The notes beneath the pieces were generated by a model. The model did no database searches and was not told the DNA's origin. It saw only the letters and a list, made by a program, of their open reading frames with translations. From Candidatus Krumholzibacteriia bacterium (GTDB lineage Bacteria; Krumholzibacteriota; Krumholzibacteriia; JAJRXK01), in the NCBI GenBank assembly GCA_041484665.1, contig JBGPIA010000001.1:704001-768000 (forward strand): a DNA stretch of 64,000 nucleotides, read 5' to 3'. This document shows, one piece after another, positions 17,960 to 27,816 of this stretch (position 1 is the stretch's first letter; the number at the start of each line of letters is the position of its first letter). Made by a program: the position numbers and the translations under genes.

Positions 17960-19330
17960 CTAACGGCGGATTCCCAGCCGCTGCAGCTTGCGGTGGAGAT
18001 TTCCCCGGTCGAGTCCCAACCTTCGCGCGGCCTCGGCGATGTTGCCGCCGGAGGCCTGCAAGGCCTGCTGGATGCGCTCGCGCTCGAAGCGAAGGAGGCC
18101 AGCCGCAAGATCTTCGTCCTGTGGCACGGGCTCCTCCGCACGCGCCGGGTGCGCAGGCCCACCGACGAGCTCGCGCATCGCCTCCGCCTCCACCGTCGTT
18201 GCGGGGATCATGATCACCACGCGCTCCATCAGGTTCTTCAGCTCACGCACGTTGCCTGGCCAGTCATGGGCGCGCAGCAGCGCGATGGCGCCTTGCGTGA
18301 GGCGTTTGGCGGGCCGGCCATTCGCGCGGCAGAAGTGCGCCAGGTAGAACCCCGCCAGTTCATCTGTATCCTCGATATGCTCGCGCAGTGGCGGCACGTG
18401 GATCGGAACGACCTTGATCCGGTGGTAGAGATCTTCGCGGAAACGCCCGTCGGCCAGCAGCCGCTGCAGATCCTGGTTTGTGCTGGCAAGCACGCGCACG
18501 TCGAGCTGCACCGTCCGGCTTCCGCCCAGCCGCTCCATGCAGCGCTCCTCGAGCACGCGCAGGAGCTTGGCCTGGGTGGCGGCGTTCATGTCGCCGATTT
18601 CGTCGAGCAGGAGCGCCCCGCCCTGCGCCAACTCGAACTTGCCGCGCCGCAGCGCCACGGCACCGGTGAACGCGCCCTTCTCGTGGCCGAACAGCTCGCT
18701 CTCCAGCAGCTCGAGCGGGATGGCGGCGCAATTCACTTTGAGCAGGGGGCCTTCCCGGCGCCGCGAGCCCGCGTGCAGCGCGCGGGCCACCAGCTCCTTG
18801 CCCGTGCCGCTCTCGCCGCTGATCAGCACGCGCGCCTCGCTGGGCGCGGCGCGGGCGATCTCCTCGCGCAGCCGTGCCATGGCAGCGCTACGCCCCAGGA
18901 TCTCCCCGCCTTCCCCGGCCATCTGCTGCAGCGCGGCGTTCTGGGCGCTGAGGCGCTCCATGTGCAAGCAGTTGCGGATGGAGAGCAGCAGCCGTTCCAC
19001 GGCGATCGGCTTCTCGACAAAGTCGTACGCCCCCAGCCGCGTCGCCTCCACGGCCAGCGCGATCGTGCCGTGTCCGCTCATCACGATCACCGGCGGCAGC
19101 AGCGCGCGTTCGCCAGGATCGCGCAGCACCGTGAGCCCATCCTCGCCGGGCAGGCAGACATCCATCAGGACGAGATCGAACGCCGCGCGGGCCAGCAGTT
19201 CGCGTGCGCTGCTTAGATCGCCCGCGCTGGACACGTCGAATCCCTCGTCGGCCAACAATCCGCCGAGCATCCGGCGGATGTTGGGCTCGTCGTCCACCAC
19301 CAGGACCCGCCGGCGTATGACATCGCTCAC
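17960..19330 (-). CDS. sigma54-dependent response regulator (NtrX/NtrC family)
   Basis: Receiver domain, GESGTGKE, GAFTGA, LLLDEIGDM, WPGNVRELKN and Fis-type HTH. Confidence 0.95.
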   Translation of the reverse strand: MSDVIRRRVLVVDDEPNIRRMLGGLLADEGFDVSSAGDLSSARELLARAAFDLVLMDVCLPGEDGLTVLRDPGERALLPPVIVMSGHGTIALAVEATRLGAYDFVEKPIAVERLLLSIRNCLHMERLSAQNAALQQMAGEGGEILGRSAAMARLREEIARAAPSEARVLISGESGTGKELVARALHAGSRRREGPLLKVNCAAIPLELLESELFGHEKGAFTGAVALRRGKFELAQGGALLLDEIGDMNAATQAKLLRVLEERCMERLGGSRTVQLDVRVLASTNQDLQRLLADGRFREDLYHRIKVVPIHVPPLREHIEDTDELAGFYLAHFCRANGRPAKRLTQGAIALLRAHDWPGNVRELKNLMERVVIMIPATTVEAEAMRELVGGPAHPARAEEPVPQDEDLAAGLLRFERERIQQALQASGGNIAEAARRLGLDRGNLHRKLQRLGIRR

Positions 19331-20862
19331 GGGGCAGCCTCCTGGCCGTGCGGCGCGCCGCGGCGATCGTCGGGTGGACCGGGCGCCGCGGCAGTGTCGA
19401 CCGGCAGCTCCACCCGCAGCTCGGCCCCCCGCGGGGTAAGCGCGTGGGCGGACACGCGCCCGCCATGGTCGGCCACGATCTTCTGGACGATGGCCAACCC
19501 CAGCCCCGTCCCGCCGGGCTTGGTGGTGAAGCCCGCCTCGAAGATGCGCCCGGCGTCCTGCGGGAGACCGGCGCCGCCGTCCTGCACGCTGACGCGCAGC
19601 CGGCCATCCTCCCGCTCGGCGCGCAGCACGAGCTCACCGCGTCCGTCCATGGCCTCCACAGCGTTCTTGACCAGATTGGCGAAGACCTGGCGCAGCAGGC
19701 CGGCATCCCCCTGGACGGGCGGGGCGCCCTCCCATCCGATCCAGCGGACCTGCAGCGCGTCGCGGTCGGCGTAGAGCTCCACCACGGCGCGCAGGATCGC
19801 CTCGAGATCGACCGGCGCGCGCTGTGGCTCGGGCAGGCGCGCGAATTCGGAGAACTCGTCGGCCAGCCGCCTCAGGTTTCCGGTTTCCTCCAGCAGCGTG
19901 TCCAGGCACTCCAGCACCGTGGCGTCGCTCGTGCGCTGGCGGATTCGGTGCGCAGCCAGGCCGATGGGCGTCAGCGGATTCTTGATCTCGTGCGCGAGCC
20001 GGCGCGCCACCCCTTGCCACGCGGCGATCCGGGCCGTGCGCACCACCGTCTGCTTGCTCTCCTGCAGCTCGGCTGTCATGCGATTGAACGCCTCCACGAG
20101 GTCGCCGACCTCGTCGACGGCGCGTACGCGCACGCGGTGGTCGAGGTTGCCAGCCGCCACGACCTCCATGCCCGCCGCGAGCGCGCTGATCGGCCCGGCG
20201 ATCCGCCGCGTCAGCAGCCGCGACAGCAACAGCGACACCGTCAGCAGCACCGCGCCCGTGCCCAGCAGGGTGAGCACGACGTCACCGCGCAGCAGCTTGC
20301 CGTAGAACAGCCGCAGCTGGCGGGCGCTGCGGCTGCCTCCGGCGATGGCGTCGAGGTCCGCCGCCAGCGCCGGGTCCAGGGGGCGCTCCACCACCAGCGC
20401 GCGCCTCTGGCCCGCGACCTCCACCGGGACAACCGCGCATAGATACGTGCGTCCGCCGTGCTCGCTACGCTCGCCACTGGACCGGTCCGTGGTTTCCGGC
20501 TGCTCCAGACGCGCGAGGATCCCGCCCTCCAAAGGCGGCAGACCCGAGGTCACCGCTGCTTGGGCCGCCAGGCTCTCGGCCAACGCCTGTGTGCGGAGCC
20601 GTTGCGCGTCGAGCACCCGACGCGCCAGATCGAGCGAGCTCTCCATAGAGGCGCGAAAGCCCGCGCTGTCCAGCACCTCGAGCTGGCGGCCGCTCATGCG
20701 CCAGTCGAGCCAGAGCACCAGGACCGTTGGAATGGATGCCAACGAGAGGAACGTCCAGAACAGCCGCCGCTGCAGTCGCGAGGCTCCCCGCAGCGTCCCG
20801 ATGGCGGACGCGGCGCCAACGGCCAGGGCCACAGCGAGGGCGGCTGCGATCCAGAGGGGCAT
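19327..20862 (-). CDS. HAMP-domain sensor histidine kinase (NtrY-like)
   Basis: TM helices, HAMP domain, AW..VARRLAHEIKNPLTPI, NLVKNA, D.G.G and FTTK.GGTGLGL. Confidence 0.93.
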   Translation of the reverse strand: MPLWIAAALAVALAVGAASAIGTLRGASRLQRRLFWTFLSLASIPTVLVLWLDWRMSGRQLEVLDSAGFRASMESSLDLARRVLDAQRLRTQALAESLAAQAAVTSGLPPLEGGILARLEQPETTDRSSGERSEHGGRTYLCAVVPVEVAGQRRALVVERPLDPALAADLDAIAGGSRSARQLRLFYGKLLRGDVVLTLLGTGAVLLTVSLLLSRLLTRRIAGPISALAAGMEVVAAGNLDHRVRVRAVDEVGDLVEAFNRMTAELQESKQTVVRTARIAAWQGVARRLAHEIKNPLTPIGLAAHRIRQRTSDATVLECLDTLLEETGNLRRLADEFSEFARLPEPQRAPVDLEAILRAVVELYADRDALQVRWIGWEGAPPVQGDAGLLRQVFANLVKNAVEAMDGRGELVLRAEREDGRLRVSVQDGGAGLPQDAGRIFEAGFTTKPGGTGLGLAIVQKIVADHGGRVSAHALTPRGAELRVELPVDTAAAPGPPDDRRGAPHGQEAAP

Positions 20863-21104
20863 GGGGTCGCGCGCGGAATGCCCTCGACGGTGGGGCTCCG
20901 CGCTGCTGGGCCCGGCAACCGTCCCGGCACAGGCCGGTCCTGGAGGTGTGCGCGCCTCCTGCGCGGAGTATAGCCCAGCGCGGCGCGACTGCAGCAGCGC
21001 GAACCCGTACCGAAGCGGGCGCGGGCAGGCGTCCGGGCGCGGCGGCGCGTGCGTGCGGCGGCACGGCTGCGCTACACTGATCTCCCCGGGTCCGGGAGCT
21101 GTCC

Positions 21105-22601
21105 ATGCGCCACCCCCACGCCTCGCTCGAGCAGCTGCCGCCTTCCGCCACGCTGCGACCTGCAGACGCCGGGGCCGGCCTGGAGCTCGCGCCGGAGGCG
21201 ATGCGGCGCCTCGGCTATCGCGCGGTGGACGCGGTGATCGACCACATCGCGAACCTGCGCGAGCGCCCCGCCGTGCGCGGGGCGACGCGCGCGCAGATGG
21301 AGGCGCTGTTACGCGAGGAGCTGCCGCGCACGGGCGGCGATCCCGAGCGGCTGCTGCAGCAGCTCCTGGAGGACGTGACGGCGTTCGGCGTCCGCACCGA
21401 GCATCCCGCCTTCTTCGGCTACATCCCGCTCTCGCCGACCTTCCCCGGCATCGTGGGCGATCTGTTGGCCACCGGCACCTCGCTGTTCGCTGGATCGTGG
21501 CTGGGCTCGCCCGGCGCTGCCACCCTGGAGGTGGTCGTGACCGATTGGTTCGCGCGCCTGGTGGGCATGCCCGAAAGCGCGGCCGGTCTGCTCACCTCGG
21601 GCGGCTCGATGGCGAACCTCATCGGCCTGGCGTGCGCGCGCCGCGCCAAGCTGGGCGAGCAGCTCGCCGGTGCGCGCGTCTACACCAGCGACCAAGCGCA
21701 CGCCGCCGTGGCGCGCGCGGTGGTGCTGCTGGGCCTGGCGGCGGAAAGCGTCGTCGTACTGGCATCCAACGACCGCTTCGAGCTCGACGTCCCGGCGCTC
21801 GAGGAGGCGATCGCGCGCGACCGCCGCGCCGGCCTGCGCCCCTTCTGCGTCGCGGCCACGGCGGGAACGACGAACACCGGGGCGATCGACGCGCTGGTCC
21901 CGCTCGCGGATCTGTGCGCAGCCCACGAGCTGTGGCTGCACGTCGACGGGGCGTACGGCGGCTTCGCCGTTCTCACCGGCCGGGGCAGGCGCCTGCTCGC
22001 GGGGATCGAGCGCGCCGACAGCGTAGTGCTCGACCCGCACAAGTGGCTCCATCAGCCGCTGGAATGCGGCTGCGTCCTGCTGCGCGATGAGGCGGAGCTG
22101 CTGCGCACATTTGCGTCCAACGCGGACTACCTGCAGGACATCCCTCGACTCAACCGCGAGATCAACTTCTTCGAGCGCGGCATCGAGCTGTCGCGCAGCG
22201 CGCGAGCCGTGAAGATCTGGCTGAGCCTGAAGACGTTCGGAGCGGACCGCTTCGGCCAGGCGGTCGATCAGGCGCTGGACCTGGCCCTGTACGCCGCGGC
22301 GCGCGTGGACGAGGCCGCGGATCTGCAGCGCATGGCGCCCGTGCCGCTGTCCACGGTGGCGATGCGCTGTGTGCCGCCCGGCTGGGCCGACGACGATCCG
22401 CACCTGGACACGCTGCAGTTGTCCATCGTGGACGCGCTGATCCGGCGGCAGGCGCCGGTGTTCCTTACCTCAACGCGCCTACGGGGCCGCGTCGCCCTGC
22501 GCCTCTGCGTGCTCTCGCACCGCACGACGGCCGCCGACGTGGACCTGGCCCTCTCGACGGTGCAGCAGCTCGGCCGCGAGCTGGCGCAGATCCGGCTCTA
22601 G
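21105..22601 (+). CDS. PLP-dependent group II decarboxylase (aromatic amino acid/glutamate decarboxylase family)
   Basis: TSGGSMAN, ATAGTTNTGAID, WLHVDGAYG and DPHKWL. Confidence 0.92.
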   Translation: MRHPHASLEQLPPSATLRPADAGAGLELAPEAMRRLGYRAVDAVIDHIANLRERPAVRGATRAQMEALLREELPRTGGDPERLLQQLLEDVTAFGVRTEHPAFFGYIPLSPTFPGIVGDLLATGTSLFAGSWLGSPGAATLEVVVTDWFARLVGMPESAAGLLTSGGSMANLIGLACARRAKLGEQLAGARVYTSDQAHAAVARAVVLLGLAAESVVVLASNDRFELDVPALEEAIARDRRAGLRPFCVAATAGTTNTGAIDALVPLADLCAAHELWLHVDGAYGGFAVLTGRGRRLLAGIERADSVVLDPHKWLHQPLECGCVLLRDEAELLRTFASNADYLQDIPRLNREINFFERGIELSRSARAVKIWLSLKTFGADRFGQAVDQALDLALYAAARVDEAADLQRMAPVPLSTVAMRCVPPGWADDDPHLDTLQLSIVDALIRRQAPVFLTSTRLRGRVALRLCVLSHRTTAADVDLALSTVQQLGRELAQIRL

Positions 22602-23863
22602 GCCAGCATGCGTCCGCGCACGAGCTCCAGCAGCTGTTGGTAGCCGCCCAGGAACTGGTGCAGCGTGTGGATCGAGGCACCGAAGCCCGCGAACTCCTCT
22701 GGCCGCATCCCTTCCTCGCCGTAGGCGCGGCGGAAGTCGGGGAACGCAGCCTGCAGCGCCGCCACCACGCGCGGCTCCACCGGACGATCCAGCGTCGGCT
22801 GCGGCTCGATGCCGGAGGCGTCGAACTGCTTCCACCAGCGGTAGGGCATCGATTGGATCACGCCGTCACCGATCAACTCGCTCCAATGCAGCCCGTGCCG
22901 GTAGGCAGCGGCCAGCAGTCGTGCCTGGTAGCCGCGGGCGCGGAAGAGGGCGACCGCTCGCTTGAAGACGGCCACTCCTGCCCAGTGCACGAAGCCGGGC
23001 TCGATCGTCACGCGATCGCGCTCCATGACGCGCTGCAGATGGTCTTCGATGCGCCCCACCATGATCGTGACCACGGATGCCGCAGCGGCGCTGGCAGCCG
23101 CGCCTATGGCCGCACCGGGCGCCGAGGTCGCGCGCTTTGGCTCGTCGCCAGCGACAGCGCCAGCACCCGTCCGCGCCAGACCGCGCTCGATCGCCGCCGC
23201 GCACGCCAGGGCTTGCGCCACGCTGAAGCTGACGGTGGCGTTGATGCAGATGCCGGCGGCCGTCAGCTCCTCGATGGCCGCCAGCCCGGCGGCGGTCGCC
23301 GGGATCTTCACGGCGATGTTGGGAGCGATGAACGCCAGGTGCCGGGCGTGGGCGACCATGCGCTCCGCGTCGCGGTAGAGCTGTGGATTCACCTGCACGC
23401 AAAGGCGTCCCTTGCGGCCGGCCGTGGCCGCGTGGACCGGAGCCAACAGCGCCGCCGCCCGCCGCGCCACGCTCTCCACCAGAAGCCACGCCAGTTCGTC
23501 CTCGCCGGCATGCGCGTTCGCCGCGACCAGCTGGTCGAGCACGGGCAACCAGGTCTGTGGCGCGCTCTGGACGGCCTGGTGCACGATCACTGGGTTGGAC
23601 GTGGCGCCCACGGCTCCCTTCTGCACGGCCTCTTGCAGCTCCCGCAGGTCACAGGAGTCGTTCCAGAAGTCCACACCCAGGCGGATGGTCCGTCGGATCG
23701 GCGAGTCTTCACCGGGGCGTGCCGCGTCGCCAGCCCGGGCGCTCGGAGTGCCCGGAGCGCGCAGATGTGCTCCAGAAGCGCCGGCAGCGGTGCCCAAGAA
23801 CCCCGGAGTGCGTGCGGGGCGAGCAGTGCCAGGCTTGCCAGGCTTGCCAGAACGGGTGCTCAT
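22598..23863 (-). CDS. Transaldolase/fructose-6-phosphate aldolase family protein with atypical active site, last gene of the iol operon
   Basis: WNDS, GATSNP, Schiff-base motif NIAVKIPAT, INAT.SFS..Q, MVGR, AAAYR; start uncertain (ATG 23863 or TTG 23914). Confidence 0.85.
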   Translation of the reverse strand: MSTRSGKPGKPGTARPARTPGFLGTAAGASGAHLRAPGTPSARAGDAARPGEDSPIRRTIRLGVDFWNDSCDLRELQEAVQKGAVGATSNPVIVHQAVQSAPQTWLPVLDQLVAANAHAGEDELAWLLVESVARRAAALLAPVHAATAGRKGRLCVQVNPQLYRDAERMVAHARHLAFIAPNIAVKIPATAAGLAAIEELTAAGICINATVSFSVAQALACAAAIERGLARTGAGAVAGDEPKRATSAPGAAIGAAASAAAASVVTIMVGRIEDHLQRVMERDRVTIEPGFVHWAGVAVFKRAVALFRARGYQARLLAAAYRHGLHWSELIGDGVIQSMPYRWWKQFDASGIEPQPTLDRPVEPRVVAALQAAFPDFRRAYGEEGMRPEEFAGFGASIHTLHQFLGGYQQLLELVRGRMLA

Positions 23864-23947
23864 GCGCGCGGGCGACGCTGCGCCCGGACTCCCTCCTTCC
23901 CGCTGACAGGTCAATGTCGGCCGCCGATCGGTCAGCCGACCGACCGC

Positions 23948-24853
23948 TCAAACGCCGATCGACCGGCGCAGGTACTCCCGCCCCATGCGCGCGTAGTGCA
24001 ACGGAGGCTGCCGCGCCGGATCCTGGTCGGCCTCCACCACGACCCAGCCGCGATAGCCGACGCGGGCGAGCTGCTCGAAGATGCCCCGGAAATCGACGCT
24101 CCCGTCGCCCGGCACCGTGAACACCCCCGCGCGCACGGCCTGCGCGAAGCTCATGCGCTCTGCGCGCGCCCGCTGTGCGAGCTGCAAGCGCACGTCCTTG
24201 AGGTGGACGTGCACCACGCGCGCGGCGTGATCGCGCAGCGTCGCCACGGGATCCACTCCGGCCAACGCCAAGTGGCCGGTGTCCAGGAGCAGCCCGACGT
24301 CGGGAGCCCGCGCCAGCAGCTCGTCGATCTCCGCGCGCGTCTGCACCACCGTGCCCATGTGATGGTGGTAGGCCAGGCGCAGTCCGCGTGCGCGTGCCAG
24401 CGCCGCCATCTCCTGCAGCGCGCGGCCCAGGCGCTCCCAGCCGGCACCGTCCAGGGCGCGGGCGCCGCGATCGAAGCGCAGCGGCACAAGCGGATCGCCG
24501 TAGGTCTGCCCGCTGCACTCGGCCACGATCGCCACGGGCGCGCTCAGCGCCTCCAGCAGATCGACTTGCCCGGTGAACCGGCGCAGCTCCTCTTCCGGGT
24601 CGCCGTCGAGCAGAAAGAGGCTGTGCCAGCCCGAGACCACTCGCAGCTCGTGTTGGCGCAGCAATGCCAGGAGTGCTCGCGCGTCGCGCGGGTACTTGTG
24701 CCCCAGCTCGGTGCCGGCGTAACCGGCCGCGTGCATCTCCGCCAGGCAGCGCTCCAGCGGGATGTCGCCGCCGAGGTCGTGGAAGTCGTCGTTGCTCCAC
24801 AGGATGGGGTTGACGCCCACCTGCACGTCGAGGCGCCGCACGGGTTGGATCAT
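23948..24853 (-). CDS. iolE: myo-Inosose-2 dehydratase
   Basis: NPILWSNDD, GTELGHKYP, YHHHMGT, LLLDTGH, HVHLKD and VVEADQDP. Confidence 0.95.
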   Translation of the reverse strand: MIQPVRRLDVQVGVNPILWSNDDFHDLGGDIPLERCLAEMHAAGYAGTELGHKYPRDARALLALLRQHELRVVSGWHSLFLLDGDPEEELRRFTGQVDLLEALSAPVAIVAECSGQTYGDPLVPLRFDRGARALDGAGWERLGRALQEMAALARARGLRLAYHHHMGTVVQTRAEIDELLARAPDVGLLLDTGHLALAGVDPVATLRDHAARVVHVHLKDVRLQLAQRARAERMSFAQAVRAGVFTVPGDGSVDFRGIFEQLARVGYRGWVVVEADQDPARQPPLHYARMGREYLRRSIGV

Positions 24854-24959
24854 CGTTCCCCCGTGCGGCGCAGCCCGCGCCGCTGGGTCGCCGTCGTTGC
24901 GCGAGTCGCGGGAGCGCCGCGCCGCGTGGCAGCGCGGCGGCTCGCGGCAGCGCAGCGGC

Positions 24960-26864
24960 TCATGGGAGCACTTTTTGCGCGCCGCGCGCCGCCTCGTAGG
25001 CCTGGCGCGCCCGCTGCACGGCCGGGTCCGCGGAAACCTCGGCCACGGGGACGTCCCACCACGCGGTGGCGGGCAATGGCTCCGCGGAGCGGACGGTCAC
25101 GTGGATCAGCGCGCTGCGGCGCTCCCGCCGCGCGGCCCGCAGCGCATCGCGCAGCTGCCCTTCGGTCCCGGCGGTGAACGCCGCCGCGCCCAGGCTGCGC
25201 GCGTTCTGCGCGTAGTCGATGGACAACAGCGGTCCGTCCAAGCGTCCGGACGTGGCATCGCGGCGCCGGAACTCGTTGCCGAACCCAGCGCTGCCGCTGG
25301 AGCGCTGCAGGTTGTGGATACTTTGGTAGCCGCCGTTGTCGATCAGCAGCACGACGATCGGCCGGTCCTCCTGCAGCGAGGTCACCAGCTCCGTGTGCAG
25401 CATCAAGTAGCTCCCGTCGCCCACCATGGCGATCACAGTGCGCTCTGGCCGTGCGAGCTTCACGCCCAGAGCGCCGGCGATCTCGTAGCCCATGCAGGAG
25501 TAGCCATACTCGGCGTGGTAATCGTCGGGATCGCGGCAGCGCCATAGCTTGTGCAGATCGCCGGGCAGGCCGCCCGCGGCATGGACGATGGTTGCCTGCG
25601 GGCCGGCCTCCTCGTTGACGATGCGGATCACCTGCGCCTGGGCCAGGCTGCCGGCCGCAGGGTCCGCGGCGGCATCGCCCGCCCTGACGTTGCGGGCCAC
25701 GTCGCCGGTGAGCGCACGCCACGCCGTGTCCCAGGCGACCTGCGCGCGCGTGATCTCTGCCGCGTACGCCGCGTCCACCCGGAACCCCGCCAGCGCGGCG
25801 CACAGCTCCTCGAGCACGGTGCGCGCATCGCCCACAAGCTCCACGGCACCCCGCTTGCTGGCGTCGAACGGATCGATCTGCACGCTGATCCAGCGCACGT
25901 CGGGATGCTGGAAGAGACTGCGCGAAGCCGTCGTGAAGTCCGACAGGCGCGTGCCGACGGCGAGCACCAGGTCAGCCTGCTGGGCGATGGCGTTGGCGGC
26001 CGCGGTACCCGTGACCCCGATTCCGCCCAGACACAGCGGGTGATCGTCGAGCAGCGCACCCTTGCCGGCCTGCGTGAAACCCACCGGGATGCCGGTGGAT
26101 TCCACGAAGCGCTGCAGGCTGGTGGCGGCCTGCGAGTAGTGCACGCCGCCGCCGGCGACGATCAGCGGGCGCCGCGCGCTGCGCAGCAGCTGCGCCGCCG
26201 CGGCGATCTGGGCCGGGTCGCATCCCGGGCGCGGCACAACGAGGACGCGACGCGCGAAAAAGATCTCAGGGTAGTCCCAGGCCTCTGTCTGCACATCCTC
26301 CGGCAGGCAGAGGGTCACCGCACCCGTCTCCACGGGTGAGGCCAGCACGCGCATGGCCTCGGGCAGGGCCGCCAGCAGCTGCTCGGGCCGCTGGATACGG
26401 TCCCAGTAGCGCGATACCGGCCGCAGGCAGTCGTTGACGCTCACGTCCATGCTGCCGCGATGCTCGAGCTGCTGCAGCACCGGCGCCGGGCGGCGGCTGG
26501 CAAACACGTCACCGGGCAGCAGCAGCACCGGTAGGCGGTTGATCGTCGCCACGGCCGCGCCGGTGACCAGGTTGGTCGCCCCCGGTCCCACCGACGTCGT
26601 GCAGGCGAACGCAGACAGGCGCCGCCGCGCCTTGGCAAACGCGACCGCCATGTGCACCATCGCCTGTTCGTTCTTGGGCTGCAGGAACGGGAGCTGCGCC
26701 CCGCCGTGCTCGGCGAGCGCCTGCCCGAGCCCGGTCACGTTGCCGTGTCCGAAGATGCCCGCAACGGCATGGATCAGCCGGTGCTCGGCCCCATCGCGGG
26801 TCACGTGCTGCTCCTTGAGGAAGCGCACGAGGGCGGCCGCCATGGTCAGCCGCACGGTCTTCAC
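24960..26864 (-). CDS. iolD: 3D-(3,5/4)-trihydroxycyclohexane-1,2-dione acylhydrolase (ThDP-dependent)
   Basis: GIFGHGNV.GLG, KNEQ.M, PVLQQLE, EYGYSCMGYE and GDGSYLM; GTG start overlaps the iolB stop. Confidence 0.95.
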   Translation of the reverse strand: MKTVRLTMAAALVRFLKEQHVTRDGAEHRLIHAVAGIFGHGNVTGLGQALAEHGGAQLPFLQPKNEQAMVHMAVAFAKARRRLSAFACTTSVGPGATNLVTGAAVATINRLPVLLLPGDVFASRRPAPVLQQLEHRGSMDVSVNDCLRPVSRYWDRIQRPEQLLAALPEAMRVLASPVETGAVTLCLPEDVQTEAWDYPEIFFARRVLVVPRPGCDPAQIAAAAQLLRSARRPLIVAGGGVHYSQAATSLQRFVESTGIPVGFTQAGKGALLDDHPLCLGGIGVTGTAAANAIAQQADLVLAVGTRLSDFTTASRSLFQHPDVRWISVQIDPFDASKRGAVELVGDARTVLEELCAALAGFRVDAAYAAEITRAQVAWDTAWRALTGDVARNVRAGDAAADPAAGSLAQAQVIRIVNEEAGPQATIVHAAGGLPGDLHKLWRCRDPDDYHAEYGYSCMGYEIAGALGVKLARPERTVIAMVGDGSYLMLHTELVTSLQEDRPIVVLLIDNGGYQSIHNLQRSSGSAGFGNEFRRRDATSGRLDGPLLSIDYAQNARSLGAAAFTAGTEGQLRDALRAARRERRSALIHVTVRSAEPLPATAWWDVPVAEVSADPAVQRARQAYEAARGAQKVLP

Positions 26865-27778
26865 GACGTTCCCCCGGCCGGCGACCGACCATCGGGCGGC
26901 CCAACCGTCGGCGTCAAAGCGGTCGTCGGCTCCCCGCTCGCGGGCGCGGCGGGCGGCGGGCTGACGTCCGGCAGCCAGCCTTGCTGCGCGGGGTCCAGCA
27001 GCCAGCGATGCTCGGGCTCGTACGTGAAGCCGGTATAGGGTCGGCCTTCGAGGTGGCGCACCACCCACAAGTACCACATGCCGTAGCCCGGCGCAGCCGC
27101 CTGCGCGTGGGTGCGACCGGGAGGGATCTTGAGCGTGTCGTAGTGACGGACCTTGAACACGCTCTCGCCGAGCTCGGCGTGGCCAAAGCCCTGCGGCAGC
27201 GTGAACCGATAATGGTAGATCTCCGGCTGCGCGTGATGGTGCGGAGGGTAGCTCGACCAGCGCCCGGCGAGCGTCGCGACCTCCCCCACCACGAGGTTGG
27301 ACTGCGGCCGGGAGGCGCGGTCGAAGACCAGCCGCACCTCGCGCCGGCAGGCTCCCTGCGCCAGGCCGGCGCCGCGATCCTCGCGCGTGATTTCGTCCGG
27401 CCGGAACAGGCGCGGCGCGAAGCGCTGGCCGTTGCTCGCCCGCGCCACGGCCAGCTCAGCCCGCCCGCCCGCGGCCGCCAGTCGCACCGAGGCGCCAGCA
27501 GCGACGTGCAGTGCGGTGGGCGCCTCGCCAAACAGCGACGCGCGCCGCGCCTCGTGCTGGTGGCCGTCGATCGTGACGATGATCTGCCCGTCGAGGAGAA
27601 CCCAGCAGGTCTCCTTGGATGTCTGCTCGCCGTGGGCCGTCCAGGCGCCGCCCGGCTCCAGCACGAGCACGCTGAAGTCGACGCCCATGTCGAGGACGTC
27701 CTCGCCCTCGCGCGTGATGGGGGTCGGCCCGGGAGGGAATCCCTGGCGGAAGCAGTTGATCAGGGCGGCGTCATCCAT
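26861..27778 (-). CDS. iolB: 5-deoxy-glucuronate isomerase
   Basis: LVVGEV....G.WSSYPPHHH.QPEIY.Y and H.Q.AAPGY.M.Y.W; operon context. Confidence 0.92.
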   Translation of the reverse strand: MDDAALINCFRQGFPPGPTPITREGEDVLDMGVDFSVLVLEPGGAWTAHGEQTSKETCWVLLDGQIIVTIDGHQHEARRASLFGEAPTALHVAAGASVRLAAAGGRAELAVARASNGQRFAPRLFRPDEITREDRGAGLAQGACRREVRLVFDRASRPQSNLVVGEVATLAGRWSSYPPHHHAQPEIYHYRFTLPQGFGHAELGESVFKVRHYDTLKIPPGRTHAQAAAPGYGMWYLWVVRHLEGRPYTGFTYEPEHRWLLDPAQQGWLPDVSPPPAAPASGEPTTALTPTVGPPDGRSPAGGTS

Positions 27779-27816
27779 CGGCCATCCCAGCGAGCGCAGC
27801 GACGTCGCGCGCGCCG

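Noticed and set aside
23826..23850. Short GCCAGGCTT tandem repeat and other low-complexity inserts
   Set aside because: Only two to three in-frame units encoding disordered linkers; no evidence of phase variation or an array.
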